From an uncultured Verrucomicrobiae bacterium (GTDB lineage Bacteria; Verrucomicrobiota; Verrucomicrobiia; Limisphaerales; UBA11358): a DNA stretch of 64,000 nucleotides. How positions within the stretch are numbered: position 1 is the first letter of the stretch; each line of letters begins with the position of its first letter. The position numbers were made by a program, and so were the translations under genes. The notes under the pieces are model-generated. The model had not been told where the DNA came from and ran no database searches. It worked only from the letters and a program-made list of their open reading frames with translations. Location: the NCBI GenBank assembly GCA_963802965.1, contig CAWDKS010000008.1, forward strand, positions 71,790-135,789, read 5' to 3'. Below are positions 17,526-26,337 of this stretch, piece after piece.

Positions 17526-19256
17526 TCATGGGTATAATTCCTGGTAGATCATGTTTTCAGCCGCAGTCAGCAGGTTGAGGGCAAAAATCCAGTTGTGGGC
17601 GCCGAGGCTGCCGTCATTGACCACGAGGTATAAATTGAACCGGGCCTTCTTGATGTTGTCCGGGATCAAGTTTTGGCCGGCGGCGTCCGGCCCGCTGAAA
17701 TTTACCTGGTCCATCTGGATCCAACCGGTCGCGTACCCCAACGAGTTGGTTTGCAGGATCAATCCCCCGGGCGTCGTGTATTCCCAGGCCACCACACCGT
17801 TGGTCTGCAATGCCGCCCCCTTGGCCGCGGCCCAGTCATTCAACAGGACCATCACCGTGGTCACCTCATTGGAAATGCCCGGTCCCGAGGATCCGGGGTC
17901 ATCGAGATGACAGTTCAAACACACGTCGTGGGAACCGATCTCGAACGTGTGGCTGTGGGCGATGACCGGCGGGGCGTCGGGTTGCATGTGGCAGGACACA
18001 CATTGATTGGTCAGGTAAAACGTGCCGGAAAACGAGTTTTGAGCGGAACCGGGGAGACCTGCATGCGTGCCGGGATTGAAGGTGGCCGGGCTGTCCGTCA
18101 CGCCGTTCCACAATTGACCGACTGAGCCGAGCAGGAAATTGTATTGCAGTGAATGGTGCGGCGCGCGGGAAGTGTCCGTCCACGCGGCCCCGCGTTCGTT
18201 GTGGCACTGGGCGCAGAGATTGATGTTGGTGTTCGCGTTGTATTTGTTCGTGAACACGTCCGAGGTGGCGAGGGAAAAATAGTTGGTCGAAAAGACGGGG
18301 TTGCGAAGCTGTGCCGGGTTGGCATTGGTCTGGTGCGGATCGTGGCAAACAGCGCAGGTAATGGCGACGTCCAGGTCATTCGTGAGCGCGAGGGGATTCT
18401 GTCCGTCGATCAGCGCATCCCGGACGGAGCCGGAATGGCAGCGGCCGCAACTGCTGATGTTGTTGGCGGACGAACTCATGGCCGACAGCGCGTCCGGCAC
18501 CACGGCGGCATGATCGCTGGACGACCATTCCTCAAACGTCGGCGCATTGGTGTAGCTGGTGTGGCTTGCGCTATGGCAGCCGCCGCAGACGGTGGCAGCG
18601 AGTTCCACGCGCGGGACCGCCGTGGGGTCATCGGTGGCGGCCGCGTGATTGGCCGCCGGACCGTGGCAGTTTTCGCACTGCACGCCGGCCAGATTGGTGG
18701 TGTAGGAAAACACTCCGTTCTGGTTGGTGAAGCTGAACCCGGTCGGCAAACCATAGCCGACGGTGTGGCATGGCAGACACGAACTATTGGTCTGGCCACC
18801 GGCGGCCATGAATGCCGCGCTGCTGAAGGCGCTGGCGTGGGGCGTGTTCGTCACATACTGGCAGATGCTCAAATGACACGTCAGGCAGACCTTCAAGCCG
18901 GCATATTTTGGCGCCGGGCCGGAGACGCGGAAGAAGGCATTGCTGTAAAGCGTCGTGATGACGGCGTTGCGGACGAGATTGGTGGCCTTGCCCAGCGCCA
19001 CCCACGGGGCGGTCAGGCTGTTGCTTTTCTGATAGAGCTGATAATAACCGGAGGGCCCGTCCCAGGTGACCTGCACGCCGTTGGTCAACCGTTCAATACC
19101 GCCCATGACCGGCAATCCTGGCATCCCTCCGGGCTGGGTGGCGCCCAGGTGTTGGACCGGTTGCGCCATCAGGGACGATGCAGTGAAAAGAATGCCCGCC
19201 GTCAGAATCAACCATGGCATCTGATTGGACGACGAAGCCCTGGCGCGGTTCGTCAT
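17526..19256 (-). CDS. nonaheme cytochrome c with N-terminal non-heme beta-domain
   Basis: CLTCH, CLPCH, CENCH, CGGCH, CGRCH, CAVCH, CAQCH, CVSCH, CLNCH; start MTNRARASS.. then TM/signal. Confidence 0.85.
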   Translation of the reverse strand: MTNRARASSSNQMPWLILTAGILFTASSLMAQPVQHLGATQPGGMPGLPVMGGIERLTNGVQVTWDGPSGYYQLYQKSNSLTAPWVALGKATNLVRNAVITTLYSNAFFRVSGPAPKYAGLKVCLTCHLSICQYVTNTPHASAFSSAAFMAAGGQTNSSCLPCHTVGYGLPTGFSFTNQNGVFSYTTNLAGVQCENCHGPAANHAAATDDPTAVPRVELAATVCGGCHSASHTSYTNAPTFEEWSSSDHAAVVPDALSAMSSSANNISSCGRCHSGSVRDALIDGQNPLALTNDLDVAITCAVCHDPHQTNANPAQLRNPVFSTNYFSLATSDVFTNKYNANTNINLCAQCHNERGAAWTDTSRAPHHSLQYNFLLGSVGQLWNGVTDSPATFNPGTHAGLPGSAQNSFSGTFYLTNQCVSCHMQPDAPPVIAHSHTFEIGSHDVCLNCHLDDPGSSGPGISNEVTTVMVLLNDWAAAKGAALQTNGVVAWEYTTPGGLILQTNSLGYATGWIQMDQVNFSGPDAAGQNLIPDNIKKARFNLYLVVNDGSLGAHNWIFALNLLTAAENMIYQELYP

Positions 19257-19559
19257 ATCGCGGTTGGGCCGTCTCCCATTCTTTGCCGGGCAGCGCGGCG
19301 CGCGTCGAACCATTGGATGCATGTTGGCAACGCCAGAACAAAGAACAACAAATGGAACTTTGTTCAACATATTCTTCGCTCGAAGGATACTCCCGCCCGG
19401 CGCGCGAACTAACCCTCAATTGCTTCATACTCGTCAAATATTGCCCAATCTGGCCGGTAGTGTCACCATCGGACACCGCCCGTCTGTCCGCCCCGGAATT
19501 TTCTAAAATTGACAGGCTGGAGAAATGCCCGAAGAATGTGGCAAAAAGGACAGCGCTGA

Positions 19560-20483
19560 ATGAAACCATCCTCCACCAACGTATCCGGAGACCCCGGACC
19601 AGGCGTCCGGGCGTCCGGGCGCAGCACAGCAGTTCTGCTGCTGGTCGTTTTCCTGTTGGGAGTCATCCTGGCCGGCGTCTGGTTCAAATACGGCAAGCCC
19701 AAAGCGGGTTCCTTTTGGCCGGGACGGAGCGGCCCCGAACTTTCCGACAACACTTGGGAGCAGTTGCGTCATTTGAATTCGCCCGTGGAGATCCGGTTCT
19801 ATTCGGTGCTCCCGCCGGGCAGCGCCCCGGAACCGCTTCAGGATTTTTCCGGGCGGGTGGAGCATTTGCTGTCCAAATTTCAAGACGCCAATCAGAGCCA
19901 GATTCATGTGACCCGGAACATCTCGACATCGGGAGCCAACGCGGACGCTGCCGCCGGTGACGGCATCCGTCCTTTCAACCTGGACAAGGGCGACGCTTGT
20001 TTTTTGGGTATTACCGTCGTCAGCGGGGAGCGAAAGGAATCGCTGGCGCAGATCCAGCCCGAATGGGAACCGGCACTGCCGTTTGACCTGGCCCGCGCCA
20101 TTCTCCAGGTGGCCGCCGCGCCGTCATCGTCCGCCGTCAAGGCCAGCCCACCGGTCTCCCCCGAAACCACCAATGAAATCCTGCGCCTGATTCCCAATGT
20201 CAATGGCACGTCGTTGGAAGACGGAATCGGAATTTTACGCCAGGCCGCCGTGGACAAATTCAGCGAAGCCGGCGCCGAGATGCAGAAGCAGATTCAGGTC
20301 GCGCAACAACAAGTCGCCGATGCGCAAAACGGCCGGTCCGAGGCGGAACAACAGGTCGCGATGAAACACCTCCAGCAGGTCCAGTTGGACCAGGCGGAAA
20401 AAGTCAAGGCCATCGCCACGCAGTTGCAGGCCCAGATTTCCGCATTCGAGCAGATGAAGGCTGCGCCTCCCGCCACGAAATAA
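19560..20483 (+). CDS. membrane-anchored protein, GldG/ABC_transp_aux-like N-domain plus C-terminal coiled coil
   Basis: TM AVLLLVVFLLGVILAGVWF; L..L..PV.I.FY pattern; Q/A/E-rich heptad tail; family call tentative. Confidence 0.5.
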   Translation: MKPSSTNVSGDPGPGVRASGRSTAVLLLVVFLLGVILAGVWFKYGKPKAGSFWPGRSGPELSDNTWEQLRHLNSPVEIRFYSVLPPGSAPEPLQDFSGRVEHLLSKFQDANQSQIHVTRNISTSGANADAAAGDGIRPFNLDKGDACFLGITVVSGERKESLAQIQPEWEPALPFDLARAILQVAAAPSSSAVKASPPVSPETTNEILRLIPNVNGTSLEDGIGILRQAAVDKFSEAGAEMQKQIQVAQQQVADAQNGRSEAEQQVAMKHLQQVQLDQAEKVKAIATQLQAQISAFEQMKAAPPATK

Positions 20484-20548
20484 TTTCCTGCCTTCCGGCA
20501 CGGAACTTCGCTCGGATCGTTGAGAATCTCCCGCCTTTATCGGCAAAC

Positions 20549-20578
20549 AAAAAACCCCTTCCCGTTGCCGGGAAGGGG
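20549..20578 (-). terminator. rho-independent terminator
   Basis: Perfect 10-bp stem ccccttcccg/cgggaagggg, 4-nt loop, followed on the minus strand by TTTTTT; ~20 nt after stop at 20602. Confidence 0.7.
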
Positions 20579-20601
20579 TGCGTTCAAATGATTTTACCCG
20601 A

Positions 20602-21372
20602 TTACGGCGTATGCACCACGCGGAAGAACATTTGCGCATTGTTCCGCGTCGGGGTTACGTAACTGATGGAACCGCCCGTGCCGGGGATGTTGGTGCTGAT
20701 GTTCTGCCAACTGCCGGTGAGGGCGGAGATGCCCTGAATCTGGTAGCTGGTGCCGATCTGCGTGTTGAAGGCGATTTCCGCCGCCGTGTAGATGGCTATG
20801 GTGTTGGCGGCGCCGTTGACGATGTTGTTGCCGTTGAAAAAGACCACGCCGCTGCCCGCCGCCACCGGCGTCGAACGCGGGTCAAGACCCAGGGCATACA
20901 TCATCCAGTTCGGAAAGCCAGCGGCGTTGTTGATGGCGTCGGGACCGGCAGCCGGATTCGTGACAAAATTTGAGCCGAAGTAATGGATCTCCCACGCATC
21001 CGGCAGGCCGCCGGTGGTGGAAATACCCGTCAGATCGGCGATGGAAGCCTTGAGCAGGCCGATCGCGAACTTCGCGTTATGAACACCCAAGCTGGCGTCA
21101 TAGTAGACAAAGTCCCAGTTGTAATAAGCGTTCAAGAACCTGGTTGGCATGTTGGTATAATTCGCCATATTTCTGTCGGAAGCCTTGACCAAGCCATCCG
21201 CGACGTAGTTGGAGGGATTTGCCTGATAGACTCTTGGGGGCATGAGCATGGACAATTGGTTGAGCAGGATCTGGACCTGGGTCTGGATGCCCTGGCTGTA
21301 GCCGTAACCGACATAATCGGGGGCCGGTATATCAAAATTGGTGACGGCTGCCGTGGCACTGGGTACAGACAT
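20602..21372 (-). CDS. non-heme domain protein, probably the frameshifted C-terminal part of cytochrome 21332..23041
   Basis: Homologous to the C-terminus of the 17526..19256 cytochrome (FLNAYYNWDFVYYDASLGVHNAKFAIGLLKAS vs ARFNLYLVVNDGSLGAHNWIFALNLLTAA); overlaps the upstream ORF by 41 nt in another frame. Confidence 0.6.
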   Translation of the reverse strand: MSVPSATAAVTNFDIPAPDYVGYGYSQGIQTQVQILLNQLSMLMPPRVYQANPSNYVADGLVKASDRNMANYTNMPTRFLNAYYNWDFVYYDASLGVHNAKFAIGLLKASIADLTGISTTGGLPDAWEIHYFGSNFVTNPAAGPDAINNAAGFPNWMMYALGLDPRSTPVAAGSGVVFFNGNNIVNGAANTIAIYTAAEIAFNTQIGTSYQIQGISALTGSWQNISTNIPGTGGSISYVTPTRNNAQMFFRVVHTP

Positions 21373-23041
21373 AGGTCACCGGAATCTTGACGCCCAGGTT
21401 GTTGGTGTAACTCATCTTGGTGGTATGGCCGCCGGCCAGGCTGAAAGCCGGAGTGTTCGTGGTCGGCTGCATGTGGCAACCGACGCAGGTGTCGGGGACC
21501 ACATTGGCGTGCGGAGCGCTGGGAATCACCTGCCCGTAGGTCACGGCGTTCACGCCCTCAAGCATGTCAGCCTGCGGACTGTCATGCGTGCCAAAGCTGA
21601 CGCCGCCAGCCCAGTTGGGCTGATTCAAAGGATATTTCGCCAACATGTTGGTGGCGGAACCGTTGCGGTTGTTATGGCATTCCATGCAGAAACCACCGCT
21701 GCCGGCATTCGTGACCACTGTGCCATCGGAGAGCGTAACATTATAGCCCATGCGTAATTCGTGCGGGTTGGAAGCATCATGCGGGTTGTGGCAAGCCTGA
21801 CAGGTGATCGCTTCGTAGGTCGTGTTGGGGGCGGTGGTTAAAATATTGGTGGAATACGCATTCGCAGAAATAACATTGGTGGGATACAAATTCTGCGCGC
21901 TCATACCGCCAGCCGTGGCCCAACCAACGAAGCCAGGCGCCGTATGGCAACGGACGCAGGCGGCACCAGTCTGTCTGGCGGAAGAAGCATGGACTGAATT
22001 GTTCCATTCCGCGCTTTGGTATTCGGCGGTCAGGCTGTCATGGCATTGCGAGCAGACACCCGCGCTGTAGCTGACAGAGATAAAATTGGTATTCCCTACT
22101 ATGCCATTCGCAACCGGATGCTGACTGCCGGGGCCGTGACAATTCTCGCATTGGATGTTGGCCAGGTTCTGCAATGCCGCCGGCATTGCGGCCCAGTTGC
22201 TGGGGTTGTTGGTCAGCACGGCCGGGAAAGTCCAGCCGTACAACGTCGCGAGGTCGTCAAAGCCGCCGTTGACGGCGAACGAGTTGGTATCATAGCCGAG
22301 AGTATGGCACTGAATGCAATTCTTGCTGTAGTGGCTGTTGACCAGGCCATCAATGGCCCGGGTGAAGAACGAGGCATGGGGCGTATTCGTGTAAGTGGGG
22401 TAAACGCTGGGCGCATTCAGGACGCCGCCACTATGGCAGGCCTCGCAAGTTTGCAAGCCATAATAAGTGGATGCCGTGATGGTGTTGGTGATGTTCACCA
22501 TGGTCGGAGAGATATTCGTCCCGTTGACGGTGCCTGTCGTCATTATCGTGGCCACAACGGTGTATTGTCCGACGACATCCGGGCGGAAAAAGGTACGGCC
22601 AGTCGGGCCCGCCAGTTGCAGGTACGGTGTGGGGACAGCATTATTGGCTCCACCCGTGACCCGATCCCCCGTCTTGAAGAGCGGCACGTTGGTGCCCAAC
22701 GGACTGGCGAGCAACACCGCCTTCGAACCCAACGGGATGTTGCTGGTGGGCATCGCCCAGTTAACGCCAAGGATGTTCGAAGATGGAATGGAAGCGCTCA
22801 CCATGGCGTCCAGATAAACCGGTTCGCCCAGGGCGACGGTGCTGATGCCGGCGGAGAACTGGGCATTGCTCAGCGAATACCCATAAGTTGATGAGATTTC
22901 GCCTGGTGTGAGGGGACGTTGGGTAACCTGGCCATTCAACGCGATTGACGCCGCGTTAACGGTGGCCACGGATCCGACAAACGCCAATGTCGCCGCCGCA
23001 AGGCCGGCAGACATCTTCGATAGGGAATGGTGTGTTTTCAT
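21332..23041 (-). CDS. nonaheme cytochrome c
   Basis: CEACH, CIQCH, CENCH, CSQCH, CVRCH, CQACH, CMECH, CVGCH, CTQCH; signal peptide after MKTHHSLSKMSAGLAAATLAF. Confidence 0.85.
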   Translation of the reverse strand: MKTHHSLSKMSAGLAAATLAFVGSVATVNAASIALNGQVTQRPLTPGEISSTYGYSLSNAQFSAGISTVALGEPVYLDAMVSASIPSSNILGVNWAMPTSNIPLGSKAVLLASPLGTNVPLFKTGDRVTGGANNAVPTPYLQLAGPTGRTFFRPDVVGQYTVVATIMTTGTVNGTNISPTMVNITNTITASTYYGLQTCEACHSGGVLNAPSVYPTYTNTPHASFFTRAIDGLVNSHYSKNCIQCHTLGYDTNSFAVNGGFDDLATLYGWTFPAVLTNNPSNWAAMPAALQNLANIQCENCHGPGSQHPVANGIVGNTNFISVSYSAGVCSQCHDSLTAEYQSAEWNNSVHASSARQTGAACVRCHTAPGFVGWATAGGMSAQNLYPTNVISANAYSTNILTTAPNTTYEAITCQACHNPHDASNPHELRMGYNVTLSDGTVVTNAGSGGFCMECHNNRNGSATNMLAKYPLNQPNWAGGVSFGTHDSPQADMLEGVNAVTYGQVIPSAPHANVVPDTCVGCHMQPTTNTPAFSLAGGHTTKMSYTNNLGVKIPVTYVCTQCHGSRHQF

Positions 23042-23113
23042 AAGTTGGTGATTTTGTCTGGATTTACGATTGTCGGTGTAATCTTTTGTTTTTGTTCGCA
23101 ATTGTGGTTTCGT

Positions 23114-24190
23114 TCAAATCGCGGCCTCGCACAGGATCCAGCCCGGCACCAATTCCACCGTCGAGGTCGGCCGGTTGACGGGTGGCGGATTCAATTTCAG
23201 CATCAACGCCCCCGCGCGCCGCGCGACGATGTCGTTGCACTTGGAAAGTTCCTGTTCCCGCATCCGGGAATTCTCGCGGACAATCGCTTCCAGGTGGTCA
23301 ATGTTGTAGAGATAAACGTTTTCCAGTTCCTCCACGTCCGGGGCAATGTCCCGCGGCACGGCGATGTCCACCAAGACCAGCGGCCGGTTCGACCGGGCCG
23401 CCAGAACGCCGGCGATCTCGTGCTTGTGAAGAACGGTCGTGGGGCTGCCCGTGGAACTCACCACAATGTCCGCCGCGGCCAGCGCCTGCAGGCGCTCGTC
23501 AAATGGCAGGGCGCGTCCGCCGAGTTCCGCGGCCAGCGCCTGGGCGCGTTCGAGGGAGCGGTTGGCCACCAGCACCGAGCGGGCGCCGCGTTTGGCCAGA
23601 TGACGGACACAGGCCTCGCCCATCTTGCCCGCCCCCAGGATCATCACCGTCTTGTCCGACAAATCGCCGGCAAAAATTTTTTCCGCCAGTTCCACCGCCA
23701 CGCTGCCCACGGAGGTGGTGCCGCGTCCGATGCCCGTGTGCGTGCGGACTTCCTTGGCCACCTGCAGCGCGGTCTGAAACCACCGGTTCAACGTCCGGCC
23801 AGTCAACCCGGCCTGCTGCGCCGCCTGATAGGCGTTCTTGACCTGACCGGTGATTTCCGTTTCACCGATCACCATGGAATCCAGGCCGCTGGCGACCGAG
23901 AACAAATGTTCCACCGCGGCCGCGCCTTCCTTGACGTAAACATAAGGCGTCACATCCAAGCCCGGACAAAGCTGTTGGAAAATGCGAAACACCTTGCCCT
24001 GGACCCACGAGGAGGTGGCGCCATAGACCTCGACGCGATTGCAGGTGGAAAGCAGCACGACTTCATCCAGACCGGCGCCGAGCTTGAGCCGGCAACCGTG
24101 GCACGGCAAACGTGAAGGTCGTACCGCCAGCCGTTCGCGCACCTCCACCGGCGCGGTTTTGTAACTCAAACCTGCGACAAACACCTTCAT
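23114..24190 (-). CDS. hemA: glutamyl-tRNA reductase
   Basis: MKVFVAGLSYKTAPVEVRERLAV.., LSTCNRVE, NAD-binding MILGAGKMGE. Confidence 0.9.
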   Translation of the reverse strand: MKVFVAGLSYKTAPVEVRERLAVRPSRLPCHGCRLKLGAGLDEVVLLSTCNRVEVYGATSSWVQGKVFRIFQQLCPGLDVTPYVYVKEGAAAVEHLFSVASGLDSMVIGETEITGQVKNAYQAAQQAGLTGRTLNRWFQTALQVAKEVRTHTGIGRGTTSVGSVAVELAEKIFAGDLSDKTVMILGAGKMGEACVRHLAKRGARSVLVANRSLERAQALAAELGGRALPFDERLQALAAADIVVSSTGSPTTVLHKHEIAGVLAARSNRPLVLVDIAVPRDIAPDVEELENVYLYNIDHLEAIVRENSRMREQELSKCNDIVARRAGALMLKLNPPPVNRPTSTVELVPGWILCEAAI

Positions 24191-24465
24191 GCCCCCGCCC
24201 TCCCCGCGGTTTCGGCCCCGCTGCAGACCGGCGCGATGGAAATGAACCATCGGAGGCGCAGCTCGCGCCTCCCGCCGATGCCGCCAGACCGGTCAGGGCA
24301 CCATTGAAGCCCGCATTCTTGATTCACGGGGTAACTCTAGGCCGCAGGACAGAAGTTGCTGCCCATCCCTTGGCAACCGCTTTGCATATATTGTCATTAG
24401 CATAACATATTCATATTACGTCCACGTTTACAAATAAGCTTATATTAATTTATGATTTAGCCGGC

Positions 24466-25200
24466 TTGAGCCGTGGAAAAAGTGTTTGTCCCCTGCGGTG
24501 GGATTGCCCACGCTGTTGCCAGATCCGTGTGAACGACAATCCCACACCGTCCCTGGCGCCCGGCTGCCGGCCCGCAATCAAGCGGGTCTTGCTCGAAGCC
24601 GTGTTCGTGGCGGTCATCGGCGCGCTGTTCGCGCTTGCCGCCAACCAGATTTCACCGCGGGGCCTGGCGCTCACGCGGAACTATTTCCCGGAAGGGACCG
24701 GCAGGCTCGTGTCGGCCGCCCCGCCCGCCGCCCTGCCGAACAATGCCAACGGCACCAATTCCATGCCGGTTGACCCCACTCAATTGCTCGCCGCGGAATT
24801 GAAGGAAAAAGGTCTGCAACTGGTTGATGGCAGCGAGGCGGCGCGGCTCTTTCACGACCCGCGCTGCCGGCGGAACATCGTGGTGTTTATTGATGCCCGG
24901 AACGAAGAACGCTACCAGGCAGGGCACATTCCCGGCGCTTACGAATTCGACCCCTACCTTCCGGAAGAATATTTTACCGCCGTGTTACCGGTCTGCAAGG
25001 CGGCCGAACAAATCGTTGTTTACTGCCACGGCGGCGATTGCGATGACAGCGAGACCGCCGCCCTTTTGCTGCGGAACGTCGGGATTGCGAACCAGAAGCT
25101 CTTTGTCTATGCCGGCGGAATCACGGAATGGACCACCAACGGCCTGCCGGTCGAGATGGGCGGGCGGAACAGCGGGACGCTGCGAAACACCAGCAAATGA
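24466..25200 (+). CDS. membrane-anchored rhodanese-domain protein
   Basis: IDARNEERYQAGHIPGAYEF .. VVYCHGGDCDDSE; N-terminal TM; true start uncertain. Confidence 0.7.
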   Translation: MSRGKSVCPLRWDCPRCCQIRVNDNPTPSLAPGCRPAIKRVLLEAVFVAVIGALFALAANQISPRGLALTRNYFPEGTGRLVSAAPPAALPNNANGTNSMPVDPTQLLAAELKEKGLQLVDGSEAARLFHDPRCRRNIVVFIDARNEERYQAGHIPGAYEFDPYLPEEYFTAVLPVCKAAEQIVVYCHGGDCDDSETAALLLRNVGIANQKLFVYAGGITEWTTNGLPVEMGGRNSGTLRNTSK

Positions 25201-25718
25201 ATATCGGCCAACCTAACCGGAATCGCATCGCTTTGAACCTGTCCACCGTGCTGGTGCGCTGGTTGTTGGGCGCGGTTTTTCTTTACACCGGCTTGAGCAA
25301 GGCGCTGCATCCCGTGGATTTTCTGAAGCTGGTGCGGCAATACGACCTCGTGCAGAGCTTCTGGCTTTTGAATTCGATTGCGGCGGCCCTGCCCTGGTTT
25401 GAAATCTTTTGCGGATTGCTGCTGCTGGTCGGGGTCGCGGTGCGCGGGACGGCTTTGACGCTGATGTTGATGCTGGTGCCGTTCACGGCGCTGGTGTTCC
25501 ATCGCGCCCTGGCCATTCAGTCGGCGCTGGCCATCCCGTTCTGCATGGTGAAGTTCGATTGCGGTTGCGACACCGGTGAAGTCTTCATCTGCCACAAGCT
25601 GCTGGAAAATTTTCTCCTGATCCTGTTGTCGGGCTGGCTGCTGGCGGGACGTGGCCGGCAATTCAGCCTGCGCTTCGATTTGATAAACCCTTTGCCAGGT
25701 CGTAGTTCGCAGTGCTGA
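25197..25718 (+). CDS. MauE/DoxX-family membrane protein
   Basis: VLVRWLLGAVFLYTGLSKALHPVDFLKLVRQYDLV; ATGA overlap with rhodanese stop. Confidence 0.7.
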   Translation: MNIGQPNRNRIALNLSTVLVRWLLGAVFLYTGLSKALHPVDFLKLVRQYDLVQSFWLLNSIAAALPWFEIFCGLLLLVGVAVRGTALTLMLMLVPFTALVFHRALAIQSALAIPFCMVKFDCGCDTGEVFICHKLLENFLLILLSGWLLAGRGRQFSLRFDLINPLPGRSSQC

Positions 25719-25798
25719 TCCCTGGCACACGAAGCCCGCCTTCGCTTTCAGCTCCGGCGCGGCAGTCTTCGTTCTCCGCTGGCGCTGCGAACGAAAAC

Positions 25799-25875
25799 TG
25801 GCGGGAGCGGCGGGGCTCGAACCCGTAACCTCTGCCGTGACAGGGCAGCGCTCTAACCAATTGAGCTACGCCCCC
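25799..25875 (-). tRNA. tRNA-Asp (anticodon GTC), CCA encoded
   Basis: Hand-folded: GGGGGCG-TA-GCTC..GAGC-G-CTGCC-CTGTCAC-GGCAG-..-TTCGAGC-..-CGCTCCC-G-CCA; one G.U in the acceptor stem. Confidence 0.9.
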
Positions 25876-26123
25876 GCAATGGGGCTTGTGAAACTAAAAG
25901 ATGCACCGGGGAGCGTCAAGGAGCTTTGCGGAAAAACAAATTCGGGCAGCAGACGCCAAGGAGGTGGGGGTGGGGAACCCCGCTGAAGAAACGTACTGCC
26001 ACCCGAATGCCTTATTGTTGCTTTTTTTGGGCCTTTTGTCAATAAGTTATCGTGCAGCTTTACATGCATTTGGCTTTGCATCTCTTGGCTTTACGACGGC
26101 AAGTTTTTTCGTAATGTGCGCCT

Positions 26124-26260
26124 GTGGCCGCCCTCGAATCCATCGCCCTGCTTCAAAAACTCAGTCCCGACGAGTTGCAGGCGCTGCGTGCCATCACCCG
26201 GGAACGGCACTTCGCCGCCGGCACCGCGATTTTTTCCTTCGCGCTGCCGTTGGCGAAGTG
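26124..26260 (+). pseudogene. truncated N-terminal fragment of a cyclic-nucleotide-binding (Crp-like) domain protein
   Basis: My translation VAALESIALLQKLSPDELQALRAITRERHFAAGTAIFSFALPLAK*; breaks off where a GTGAAGCGTGAAACG-type repeat begins. Confidence 0.35.
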
Positions 26261-26337
26261 AAGCGTGAAACGAAAGCTCCCGTTTCGTTGAGCGCGTGCT
26301 TTACAAATCACGCTTCACGTTTCACGCTTTACTCCGC

